From: the human T2T-CHM13v2.0 reference genome, Homo sapiens
NCBI RefSeq assembly: GCF_009914755.1
Contig: NC_060942.1
Strand: one strand, 5' to 3'
DNA length: 64,000 nt
The translations under genes and the position numbers were made by a program. Shown in pieces: positions 53,401 through 64,000 of the stretch (position 1 is the stretch's first letter; every line of letters starts with the position of its first letter). Below the pieces are notes generated by a model that had not been told where the DNA came from, searched no databases, and worked only from the letters and a program-made list of their open reading frames with translations.

Positions 53401-56400
53401 GCTAGCTTTGGGGATTTCGCTGGAAGCGGGAATACATATAAAAAGCACACAGCAGCGTTCTGAGAAACTGCTTTCTGATGTTTGCATTCAAGTCAAAAGT
53501 TGAACACTCCCTTTCATAGAGCAGTCCTGAAATACTCCTTTTGTAGTATCTGGAACTGGACTTTTGGAGCGCTTTCAGGGCTAAGGTGAAAAAGGAAATA
53601 TCTTCCCATAAAAACTGGACAGAAGCATTCTCAGAAACTTGTTTATGCTGTATCTACTCAACTAACAAAGTTGAACCTTTCTTTTGATAGAGCAGTTTTG
53701 AAATGCTCTTTTTGTGGAATCTGCAAGTGGATATTTGGCTAGTTTTGAGGATTTCGTTGGAAGCGGGAATTCATACAAATTGCAGACTGCAGCGTTCTGA
53801 GAAACATCTTTGTGATGTTTGTATTCAGGACAGAGAGTTGAACATTCCCTATCATAGAGCAGGTTGGAATCACTCCTTTTGTAGTATCTGGAAGTGGACA
53901 TTTGGAGCGCTTTCAGGCCTATGTTGAAAAAGGAAATATCTTCCCATAACAACTAGACACAAGCATTCTCAGAAACTTGTTTGTGATGTGTGCCCTCTAC
54001 TGACAGAGTTGAACCTTTCTTTTCATAGAGCAGTTTTGAAACACTCTTTTTGTAGAATCTGCAAGAGGATATTTGCATAGCTTTGAGGATTTCGTGGGAA
54101 ACGGGATTGTCTTCAGGTAAAATCTAGACAGAAGCATTCTCAGAAACTTCTTTGGGATGTTTGCATTCAAGTCACAGAGTAGAACATTCCCTTTGGTAGA
54201 GCAGGTTTGAAACACTCTTTTTGTAGTATCTGGAAGTGGACATTTGGAGCGCTTTCAGGCCTATGTTGGAAAGGGAAATATCTTCCGGTAACAACTAGGC
54301 AGAAGCATTCTCAGAAACTTATTTGAGATGTGTGTACTCAACTAAGAGAATTGAACCACCGTTTTGAAGGAGCAGTTTTGAAACACTCTTTTTCTGGAAT
54401 CTGCAAGAGGATATTTGCCTAGCTTTGAGGATTTCGTTGGAAACGGGATTGTGTTCAGATCAAATCTAGACAGAAGCATTCTCAGAAACTTCTTTGGGAT
54501 GTTTGCATTCAAGTCACAGAGTAGAACATTCCCTTTGGTAGAGCAGGTGTGAAACACTCTTTTTTTAGTATATGGAAGTGGACATTTGGAGCGCTTTCAG
54601 GCCTACGTTGGAAAACGAAATATCTTCCCATAACAACTAGACAGAAGCATTCTCAGAAACTAGTTTCTGATGTGTGTCCTCAACTAACACAGTTGAACAT
54701 TTCTTTAGACAGAACAGTTTTGAAACTCTCTTTTTGTGGAATCTGCAAGTGGCTATTTGGCTAGATTTGAGGATTTCGTTGGAAACGGGATTACATATAA
54801 AAAGCAGACAGCAGCATTCTCAGAAAGTTCTTTGTGATGATTGCATTCAAGTCACAGAATTGAACATTCCCTTTCACAGAGCAGGTTTGAAACACTCTTT
54901 TTGTAGTGTGTGTAAGTGGACATTTGGAGCACTTTCCGGCCTAAGGTGAGAAAGGAAATATCTTCCCATAAAAACTAGACAGAAGCATTCTCAGAAACTT
55001 ACTCGTGATGTGTGTCCTCAACTAAAGGAGTAGAACCTTTCTTTCATAGAGAAGTTTTGAAACGCTCTTTTTGTGGAATCTGCAAGTGGATATTTGGCTA
55101 GTTTGGAGGATTTCGTTGGAAGCGGGAATTCATACAAATTGCAGACTGCAGCGTTCTGAGAAACATCTTTGTGATGTTTGTATTCAGGACACAGAGTTGA
55201 ACATTCCCTATCATAGAGCAGGTTGGAATCACTCCTTTTGTAGTATCTGGAAGTGGACATTTGGAGCGCTTTCAGGCCTACGTTGGAAAAGGAAATATCT
55301 TCCCATAACAACTAGACAGAAGCATTCTCAGAAACTAGTTTCTGATGTGTGTCCTCAACTAACACAGTTGAACATTTCTGTAGACAGAACAGTTTTGAAA
55401 CACTCTTTTTGTGGAATCTGCAAGTGGCTATTTGGCTAGATTTGAGGATTTCGTTGGAAACGGGATTACATATAAAAAGCAGACAGCAGCATTCTCAGAA
55501 AGTTCTTTGTGATGATTGCATTCAAGTCACAGAATTGAACATTCCCTTTCACAGAGCAGGTTTGAAACACTCTTTTTGTAGTGTGTGTAAGTGGACATTT
55601 GGAGCACTTTCCGGCCTAAGGTGAAAAAGGAAATATCTTCCCATAAAAACTAGACAGAAGCACTCTCAGAAACTTACTCGTGATGTGTGTCCTCAACTAA
55701 AGGAGTAGAACCTTTCTTTTCATAGAGAAGTTTTGAAACGCTCTTTTTGTGGAATCTGCAAGTGGATATTTGGCTAGTTTGGAGGATTTCGTTGGAAGCG
55801 GGAATTCATACAAATTGCAGACTGCAGCGTTCTGAGAAACATCTTTGTGATGTTTGTATTCAGGACACAGAGTTGAACATTCCCTATCATAGAGCAGGTT
55901 TGAATCACTCCTTTTGTAGTATCTGGAAGTGGACATTTGGAGCGCTTTCAGGCCTATGTTGGAAAAGGAAATATCTTCCCATAACAACTAGACAGAAGCA
56001 TTCTCAGAAACTTATTTGAGATGTGTGTACTCAACTAAGAGAATTGAACCACCGTTTTGAAGGAGCAGTTTTGAAACACTCTTTTCCTGGAATCTGCAAG
56101 TGGATATTTGGCTAGCTTTGGGGATTTCGCTGGAAGCGGGAATACATATAAAAAGCACACAGCAGCGTTCTGAGAAACTGCTTTCTGATGTTTGCATTCA
56201 AGTCAAAAGTTGAACACTCCCTTTCATAGTGCAGTCCTGAAACACTCCTTTTGTAGTATCTGGAACTGGACTTTTGGAGCGCTTTCAGGGCTAAGGTGAA
56301 AAAGGAAATATCTTCCCATAAAAACTGGACAGAAGCATTCTCAGAAACTTGTTTATGCTGTATCTACTCAACTAACAAAGTTGAACCTTTCTTTTGATAG

Positions 56401-59400
56401 AGCAGTTTTGAAATGCTCTTTTTGTGGAATCTGCAAGTGGATATTTGGCTAGTTTTGAGGATTTCGTTGGAAGCGGGAATTCATACAAATTGCAGACTGC
56501 AGCGTTCTGAGAAACATCTTTGTGATGTTTGTATTCAGGACAGAGAGTTGAACATTCCCTATCATAGAGCAGGTTGGAATCACTCCTTTTGTAGTATCTG
56601 GAAGTGGACATTTGGAGCGCTTTCAGGCCTATGTTGAAAAAGGAAATATCTTCCCATAACAACTAGACACAAGCATTCTCAGAAACTTGTTTGTGATGTG
56701 TGCCCTCTACTGACAGAGTTGAACCTTTCTTTTCATAGAGCAGTTTTGAAACACTCTTTTTGTAGAATCTGCAAGAGGATATTTGCATAGCTTTGAGGAT
56801 TTCGTGGGAAACGGGATTGTCTTCAGGTAAAATCTAGACAGAAGCATTCTCAGAAACTTCTTTGGGATGTTTGCATTCAAGTCACAGAGTAGAACATTCC
56901 CTTTGGTAGAGCAGGTTTGAAACACTCTTTTTGTAGTATCTGGAAGTGGACATTTGGAGCGCTTTCAGGCCTATGTTGGAAAGGGAAATATCTTCCCGTA
57001 ACAACTAGGCAGAAGCATTCTCAGAAACTTATTTGAGATGTGTGTACTCAACTAAGAGAATTGAACCACAGTTTTGAAGGAGCAGTTTTGAAACACTCTT
57101 TTTCTGGAATCTGCAAGAGGATATTTGCCTAGCCTTGAGGATTTCGTTGGAAACGGGATTGTCTTCAGATCAAATCTAGACAGAAGCATTCTCAGAAACT
57201 TCTTTGGGATGTTTGCATTCAAGTCACAGAGTAGAACATTCCCTTTGGTAGAGCAGGTTTGAAACACTCTTTTTTTAGTATATGGAAGTGGACATTTGGA
57301 GCGCTTTCAGGCCTACGTTGGAAAAGGAAATATCTTCCCATAACAACTAGACAGAAGCATTCTCAGAAACTAGTTTCTGATGTGTGTCCTCAACTAACAC
57401 AGTTGAACATTTCTTTAGACAGAACAGTTTTGAAACTCTCTTTTTGTGGAATCTGCAAGTGGCTATTTGGCTAGATTTGAGGATTTCGTTGGAAACGGGA
57501 TTACATATAAAAAGCAGACAGCAGCATTCTCAGAAAGTTCTTTGTGATGATTGCATTCAAGTCACAGAATTGAACATTCCCATTCACAGAGCAGGTTTGA
57601 AACACTCTTTTTATAGTGTGTGTAAGTGGACATTTGGAGCACTTTCCGACCTAAGGTGAAAAAGGAAATATCTTCCCATAAAAACTAGACAGAAGCATTC
57701 TCAGAAACTTACTCGTGATGTGTGTCCTCAACTAAAGGAGTAGAACCTTTCTTTTCATAGAGAAGTTTTGAAACGCTCTTTTTGTGGAATCTGCAAGTGG
57801 ATATTTGGCTAGTTTGGAGGATTTCGTTGGAAGCGGGAATTCATACAAATTGCAGACTGCAGCGTTCTGAGAAACATCTTTGTGATGTTTGTATTCAGGA
57901 CACAGAGTTGAACATTCCCTATCATAGAGCAGGTTGGAATCACTCCTTTTGTAGTATCTGGAAGTGGACATTTGGAGCGCTTTCAGGCCTATGTTGGAAA
58001 AGGAAATATCTTCCCATAACAACTAGACAGAAGCATTCTCAGAAACTTATTTGAGATGTGTGTACTCAACTAAGAGAATTGAACCACCGTTTTGAAGGAG
58101 CAGTTTTGAAACACTCTTTTTCTGGAATCTGCAAGTGGATATTTGGCTAGCTTTGGGGATTTCGCTGGAAGCGGGAATACATATAAAAAGCACACAGCAG
58201 CGTTCTGAGAAACTGCTTTCTGATGTTTGCATTCAAGTCAAAAGTTGAACACTCCCTTTCATAGTGCAGTCTGAAACACTCCTTTTGTAGTATCTGGAAC
58301 TGGACTTTTGGAGCGCTTTCAGGGCTAAGGTGAAAAAGGAAATATCTTCCCATAAAAACTGGACAGAAGCATTCTCAGAAACTTGTTTATGCTGTATCTA
58401 CTCAACTAACAAAGTTGAACCTTTCTTTTGATAGAGCAGTTTTGAAATGCTCTTTTTGTGGAATCTGCAAGTGGATATTTGGCTAGTTTTGAGGATTTCG
58501 TTGGAAGCGGGAATTCATACAAATTGCAGACTGCAGCGTTCTGAGAAACATCTTTGTGATGTTTGTATTCAGGACAGAGAGTTGAACATTCCCTATCATA
58601 GAGCAGGTTGGAATCACTCCTTTTGTAGTATCTGGAAGTGGACATTTGGAGCGCTTTCAGGCCTATGTTGAAAAAGGAAATATCTTCCCATAACAACTAG
58701 ACACAAGCATTCTCAGAAACTTGTTTGTGATGTGTGCCCTCTACTGACAGAGTTGAACCTTTCTTTTCATAGAGCAGTTTTGAAACACTCTTTTTGTAGA
58801 ATCTGCAAGAGGATATTTGCATAGCTTTGAGGATTTCGTGGGAAACGGGATTGTCTTCAGGTAAAATCTAGACAGAAGCATTCTCAGAAACTTCTTTGGG
58901 ATGTTTGCATTCAAGTCACAGAGTAGAACATTCCCTTTGGTAGAGCAGGTTTGAAACACTCTTTTTGTAGTATCTGGAAGTGGACATTTGGAGCGCTTTC
59001 AGGCCTATGTTGGAAAGGGAAATATCTTCCGGTAACAACTAGGCAGAAGCATTCTCAGAAACTTATTTGAGATGTGTGTACTCAACTAAGAGAATTGAAC
59101 CACCGTTTTGAAGGAGCAGTTTTGAAACACTCTTTTTCTGGAATCTGCAAGAGGATATTTGCCTAGCTTTGAGGATTTCGTTGGAAACGGGATTGTGTTC
59201 AGATCAAATCTAGACAGAAGCATTCTCAGAAACTTCTTTGGGATGTTTGCATTCAAGTCACAGAGTAGAACATTCCCTTTGGTAGAGCAGGTGTGAAACA
59301 CTCTTTTTTTAGTATATGGAAGTGGACATTTGGAGCGCTTTCAGGCCTACGTTGGAAAACGAAATATCTTCCCATAACAACTAGACAGAAGCATTCTCAG

Positions 59401-62400
59401 AAACTAGTTTCTGATGTGTGTCCTCAACTAACACAGTTGAACATTTCTTTAGACAGAACAGTTTTGAAACTCTCTTTTTGTGGAATCTGCAAGTGGCTAT
59501 TTGGCTAGATTTGAGGATTTCGTTGGAAACGGGATTACATATAAAAAGCAGACAGCAGCATTCTCAGAAAGTTCTTTGTGATGATTGCATTCAAGTCACA
59601 GAATTGAACATTCCCTTTCACAGAGCAGGTTTGAAACACTCTTTTTGTAGTGTGTGTAAGTGGACATTTGGAGCACTTTCCGGCCTAAGGTGAGAAAGGA
59701 AATATCTTCCCATAAAAACTAGACAGAAGCATTCTCAGAAACTTACTCGTGATGTGTGTCCTCAACTAAAGGAGTAGAACCTTTCTTTCATAGAGAAGTT
59801 TTGAAACGCTCTTTTTGTGGAATCTGCAAGTGGATATTTGGCTAGTTTGGAGGATTTCGTTGGAAGCGGGAATTCATACAAATTGCAGACTGCAGCGTTC
59901 TGAGAAACATCTTTGTGATGTTTTATTCAGGACACAGAGTTGAACATTCCCTATCATAGAGCAGGTTGGAATCACTCCTTTTGTAGTATCTGGAAGTGGA
60001 CATTTGGAGCGCTTTCAGGCCTACGTTGGAAAAGGAAATATCTTCCCATAACAACTAGACAGAAGCATTCTCAGAAACTAGTTTCTGATGTGTGTCCTCA
60101 ACTAACACAGTTGAACATTTCTGTAGACAGAACAGTTTTGAAACACTCTTTTTGTGGAATCTGCAAGTGGCTATTTGGCTAGATTTGAGGATTTCGTTGG
60201 AAACGGGATTACATATAAAAAGCAGACAGCAGCATTCTCAGAAAGTTCTTTGTGATGATTGCATTCAAGTCACAGAATTGAACATTCCCTTTCACAGAGC
60301 AGGTTTGAAACACTCTTTTTGTAGTGTGTGTAAGTGGACATTTGGAGCACTTTCCGGCCTAAGGTGAAAAAGGAAATATCTTCCCATAAAAACTAGACAG
60401 AAGCACTCTCAGAAACTTACTCGTGATGTGTGTCCTCAACTAAAGGAGTAGAACCTTTCTTTTCATAGAGAAGTTTTGAAACGCTCTTTTTGTGGAATCT
60501 GCAAGTGGATATTTGGCTAGTTTGGAGGATTTCGTTGGAAGCGGGAATTCATACAAATTGCAGACTGCAGCGTTCTGAGAAACATCTTTGTGATGTTTGT
60601 ATTCAGGACACAGAGTTGAACATTCCCTATCATAGAGCAGGTTTGAATCACTCCTTTTGTAGTATCTGGAAGTGGACATTTGGAGCGCTTTCAGGCCTAT
60701 GTTGGAAAAGGAAATATCTTCCCATAACAACTAGACAGAAGCATTCTCAGAAACTTATTTGAGATGTGTGTACTCAACTAAGAGAATTGAACCACCGTTT
60801 TGAAGGAGCAGTTTTGAAACACTCTTTTCCTGGAATCTGCAAGTGGATATTTGGCTAGCTTTGGGGATTTCGCTGGAAGCGGGAATACATATAAAAAGCA
60901 CACAGCAGCGTTCTGAGAAACTGCTTTCTGATGTTTGCATTCAAGTCAAAAGTTGAACACTCCCTTTCATAGTGCAGTCCTGAAACACTCCTTTTGTAGT
61001 ATCTGGAACTGGACTTTTGGAGCGCTTTCAGGGCTAAGGTGAAAAAGGAAATATCTTCCCATAAAAACTGGACAGAAGCATTCTCAGAAACTTGTTTATG
61101 CTGTATCTACTCAACTAACAAAGTTGAACCTTTCTTTTGATAGAGCAGTTTTGAAATGCTCTTTTTGTGGAATCTGCAAGTGGATATTTGGCTAGTTTTG
61201 AGGATTTCGTTGGAAGCGGGAATTCATACAAATTGCAGACTGCAGCGTTCTGAGAAACATCTTTGTGATGTTTGTATTCAGGACAGAGAGTTGAACATTC
61301 CCTATCATAGAGCAGGTTGGAATCACTCCTTTTGTAGTATCTGGAAGTGGACATTTGGAGCGCTTTCAGGCCTATGTTGAAAAAGGAAATATCTTCCCAT
61401 AACAACTAGACACAAGCATTCTCAGAAACTTGTTTGTGATGTGTGCCCTCTACTGACAGAGTTGAACCTTTCTTTTCATAGAGCAGTTTTGAAACACTCT
61501 TTTTGTAGAATCTGCAAGAGGATATTTGCATAGCTTTGAGGATTTCGTGGGAAACGGGATTGTCTTCAGGTAAAATCTAGACAGAAGCATTCTCAGAAAC
61601 TTCTTTGGGATGTTTGCATTCAAGTCACAGAGTAGAACATTCCCTTTGGTAGAGCAGGTTTGAAACACTCTTTTTGTAGTATCTGGAAGTGGACATTTGG
61701 AGCGCTTTCAGGCCTATGTTGGAAAGGGAAATATCTTCCCGTAACAACTAGGCAGAAGCATTCTCAGAAACTTATTTGAGATGTGTGTACTCAACTAAGA
61801 GAATTGAACCACAGTTTTGAAGGAGCAGTTTTGAAACACTCTTTTTCTGGAATCTGCAAGAGGATATTTGCCTAGCCTTGAGGATTTCGTTGGAAACGGG
61901 ATTGTCTTCAGATCAAATCTAGACAGAAGCATTCTCAGAAACTTCTTTGGGATGTTTGCATTCAAGTCACAGAGTAGAACATTCCCTTTGGTAGAGCAGG
62001 TTTGAAACACTCTTTTTTTAGTATATGGAAGTGGACATTTGGAGCGCTTTCAGGCCTACGTTGGAAAAGGAAATATCTTCCCATAACAACTAGACAGAAG
62101 CATTCTCAGAAACTAGTTTCTGATGTATGTCCTCAACTAACACAGTTGAACATTTCTTTAGACAGAACAGTTTTGAAACTCTCTTTTTGTGGAATCTGCA
62201 AGTGGCTATTTGGCTAGATTTGAGGATTTCGTTGGAAACGGGATTACATATAAAAAGCAGACAGCAGCATTCTCAGAAAGTTCTTTGTGATGATTGCATT
62301 CAAGTCACAGAATTGAACATTCCCATTCACAGAGCAGGTTTGAAACACTCTTTTTATAGTGTGTGTAAGTGGACATTTGGAGCACTTTCCGACCTAAGGT

Positions 62401-63450
62401 GAAAAAGGAAATATCTTCCCATAAAAACTAGACAGAAGCATTCTCAGAAACTTACTCGTGATGTGTGTCCTCAACTAAAGGAGTAGAACCTTTCTTTTCA
62501 TAGAGAAGTTTTGAAACGCTCTTTTTGTGGAATCTGCAAGTGGATATTTGGCTAGTTTGGAGGATTTCGTTGGAAGCGGGAATTCATACAAATTGCAGAC
62601 TGCAGCGTTCTGAGAAACATCTTTGTGATGTTTGTATTCAGGACACAGAGTTGAACATTCCCTATCATAGAGCAGGTTGGAATCACTCCTTTTGTAGTAT
62701 CTGGAAGTGGACATTTGGAGCGCTTTCAGGCCTATGTTGGAAAAGGAAATATCTTCCCATAACAACTAGACAGAAGCATTCTCAGAAACTTATTTGAGAT
62801 GTGTGTACTCAACTAAGAGAATTGAACCACCGTTTTGAAGGAGCAGTTTTGAAACACTCTTTTTCTGGAATCTGCAAGTGGATATTTGGCTAGCTTTGGG
62901 GATTTCGCTGGAAGCGGGAATACATATAAAAAGCACACAGCAGCGTTCTGAGAAACTGCTTTCTGATGTTTGCATTCAAGTCAAAAGTTGAACACTCCCT
63001 TTCATAGTGCAGTCTGAAACACTCCTTTTGTAGTATCTGGAACTGGACTTTTGGAGCGCTTTCAGGGCTAAGGTGAAAAAGGAAATATCTTCCCATAAAA
63101 ACTGGACAGAAGCATTCTCAGAAACTTGTTTATGCTGTATCTACTCAACTAACAAAGTTGAACCTTTCTTTTGATAGAGCAGTTTTGAAATGCTCTTTTT
63201 GTGGAATCTGCAAGTGGATATTTGGCTAGTTTTGAGGATTTCGTTGGAAGCGGGAATTCATACAAATTGCAGACTGCAGCGTTCTGAGAAACATCTTTGT
63301 GATGTTTGTATTCAGGACAGAGAGTTGAACATTCCCTATCATAGAGCAGGTTGGAATCACTCCTTTTGTAGTATCTGGAAGTGGACATTTGGAGCGCTTT
63401 CAGGCCTATGTTGAAAAAGGAAATATCTTCCCATAACAACTAGACACAAG
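44475..63450. repeat. Four tandem 28-monomer units (16-mer + 12-mer). 16-mers start at 44475, 49219, 53964, 58708; 12-mers at 47185, 51929, 56674, 61417.
   Basis: Unit lengths are 4744, 4745, 4744, 4743 bp, with strict alternation visible in the ORF track. Confidence 0.95.
53077..53093 (+). promoter_or_regulatory. Disrupted CENP-B box (m7 of H25)
   Basis: TTTTGTTGGAAGCGGGA: C>T at 53080 destroys the core TTCG. Confidence 0.9.
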
Positions 63451-64000
63451 CATTCTCAGAAACTTGTTTGTGATGTGTGCCCTCTACTGACAGAGTTGAA
63501 CCTTTCTTTTCATAGAGCAGTTTTGAAACACTCTTTTTGTAGAATCTGCAAGAGGATATTTGCATAGCTTTGAGGATTTCGTGGGAAACGGGATTGTCTT
63601 CAGGTAAAATCTAGACAGAAGCATTCTCAGAAACTTCTTTGGGATGTTTGCATTCAAGTCACAGAGTAGAACATTCCCTTTGGTAGAGCAGGTTTGAAAC
63701 ACTCTTTTTGTAGTATCTGGAAGTGGACATTTGGAGCGCTTTCAGGCCTATGTTGGAAAGGGAAATATCTTCCGGTAACAACTAGGCAGAAGCATTCTCA
63801 GAAACTTATTTGAGATGTGTGTACTCAACTAAGAGAATTGAACCACCGTTTTGAAGGAGCAGTTTTGAAACACTCTTTTTCTGGAATCTGCAAGAGGATA
63901 TTTGCCTAGCTTTGAGGATTTCGTTGGAAACGGGATTGTGTTCAGATCAAATCTAGACAGAAGCATTCTCAGAAACTTCTTTGGGATGTTTGCATTCAAG
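63451..64000. repeat. Partial HOR H30 (m1 to part of m4), X haplotype
   Basis: Carries the CTTCCGGT and ATTGTGTTCAG markers that begin every m5-8 16-mer, so the 28-mer series may continue past the window. Confidence 0.85.

Larger units (their letters stand above)
1..64000. repeat. Centromeric alpha-satellite HOR array, dimeric (SF2-like), single orientation
   Basis: Tandem 167-171 bp monomers beginning CATTCTCAGAAAC or CGTTCTGAGAAAC throughout. A CENP-B box occurs in every second monomer. The ORF track repeats at ~2035 bp. No non-alphoid sequence seen. Confidence 0.99.

Noticed and set aside
47185-58707. Possible 9489-bp super-period (H23 vs H27)
   Set aside because: It is twice the 28-mer period and only appears because H25 is aberrant. 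H29 matches H27 at a single period of 4743 bp.
98-63702. Hundreds of 61-122 aa ORFs on both strands
   Set aside because: They are translations of alpha-satellite monomers recurring with the HOR period. They overlap on both strands, show no recognisable domain, and are freely created or broken by 1-bp indels.
1-64000. CRISPR-like or other repeat-spacer system
   Set aside because: There are no unique spacers: sequence between conserved motifs is itself tandemly repeated. No cas-like or any other gene is present.
1-64000. Transposon insertion (L1/Alu), inversion or non-alphoid island
   Set aside because: Unit lengths sum without gaps across the window. I saw no poly-A tails or target-site duplications, and CENP-B boxes read the same way on the + strand throughout.

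Overview
The whole 64 kb is one uninterrupted, single-orientation array of primate (human-type) centromeric alpha satellite. I saw no genes, RNA genes, transposon insertions or inversions. Monomers of 167-171 bp alternate between CENP-B-box (B-type) and pJalpha-box (A-type) and form a 12-monomer, 2035-bp higher-order repeat (HOR). The dimeric organisation, the 12-mer length and EcoRI spacing of 675 + 1360 bp fit the chromosome 18 active array D18Z1 (suprachromosomal family 2); this assignment is from recall, not from a search. I count 29 complete HOR units plus partial ends: 21 12-mers (2034-2035 bp), one 10-mer (1693 bp), one 16-mer repeating monomers 9-12 (2708 bp) and six 16-mers repeating monomers 5-8 (2709-2710 bp). 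All ORFs in the track are repeat artefacts. I found no new gene system. The interest is in the layered architecture. Diagnostic SNPs define three HOR haplotypes (called X, Y, Z here) forming a 6104-bp super-period. An 8-monomer deletion appears to have fused X and Y into the common 16-mer, which then expanded as an 8814-bp unit and as a ~4744-bp (28-monomer) unit. There are also out-of-register conversion-like patches and a single broken CENP-B box. Monomer numbering (m1-m12) and unit numbering (H1-H30) are my own, with m1 of H1 starting at 65. All comparisons were made by eye with the help of the ORF track.
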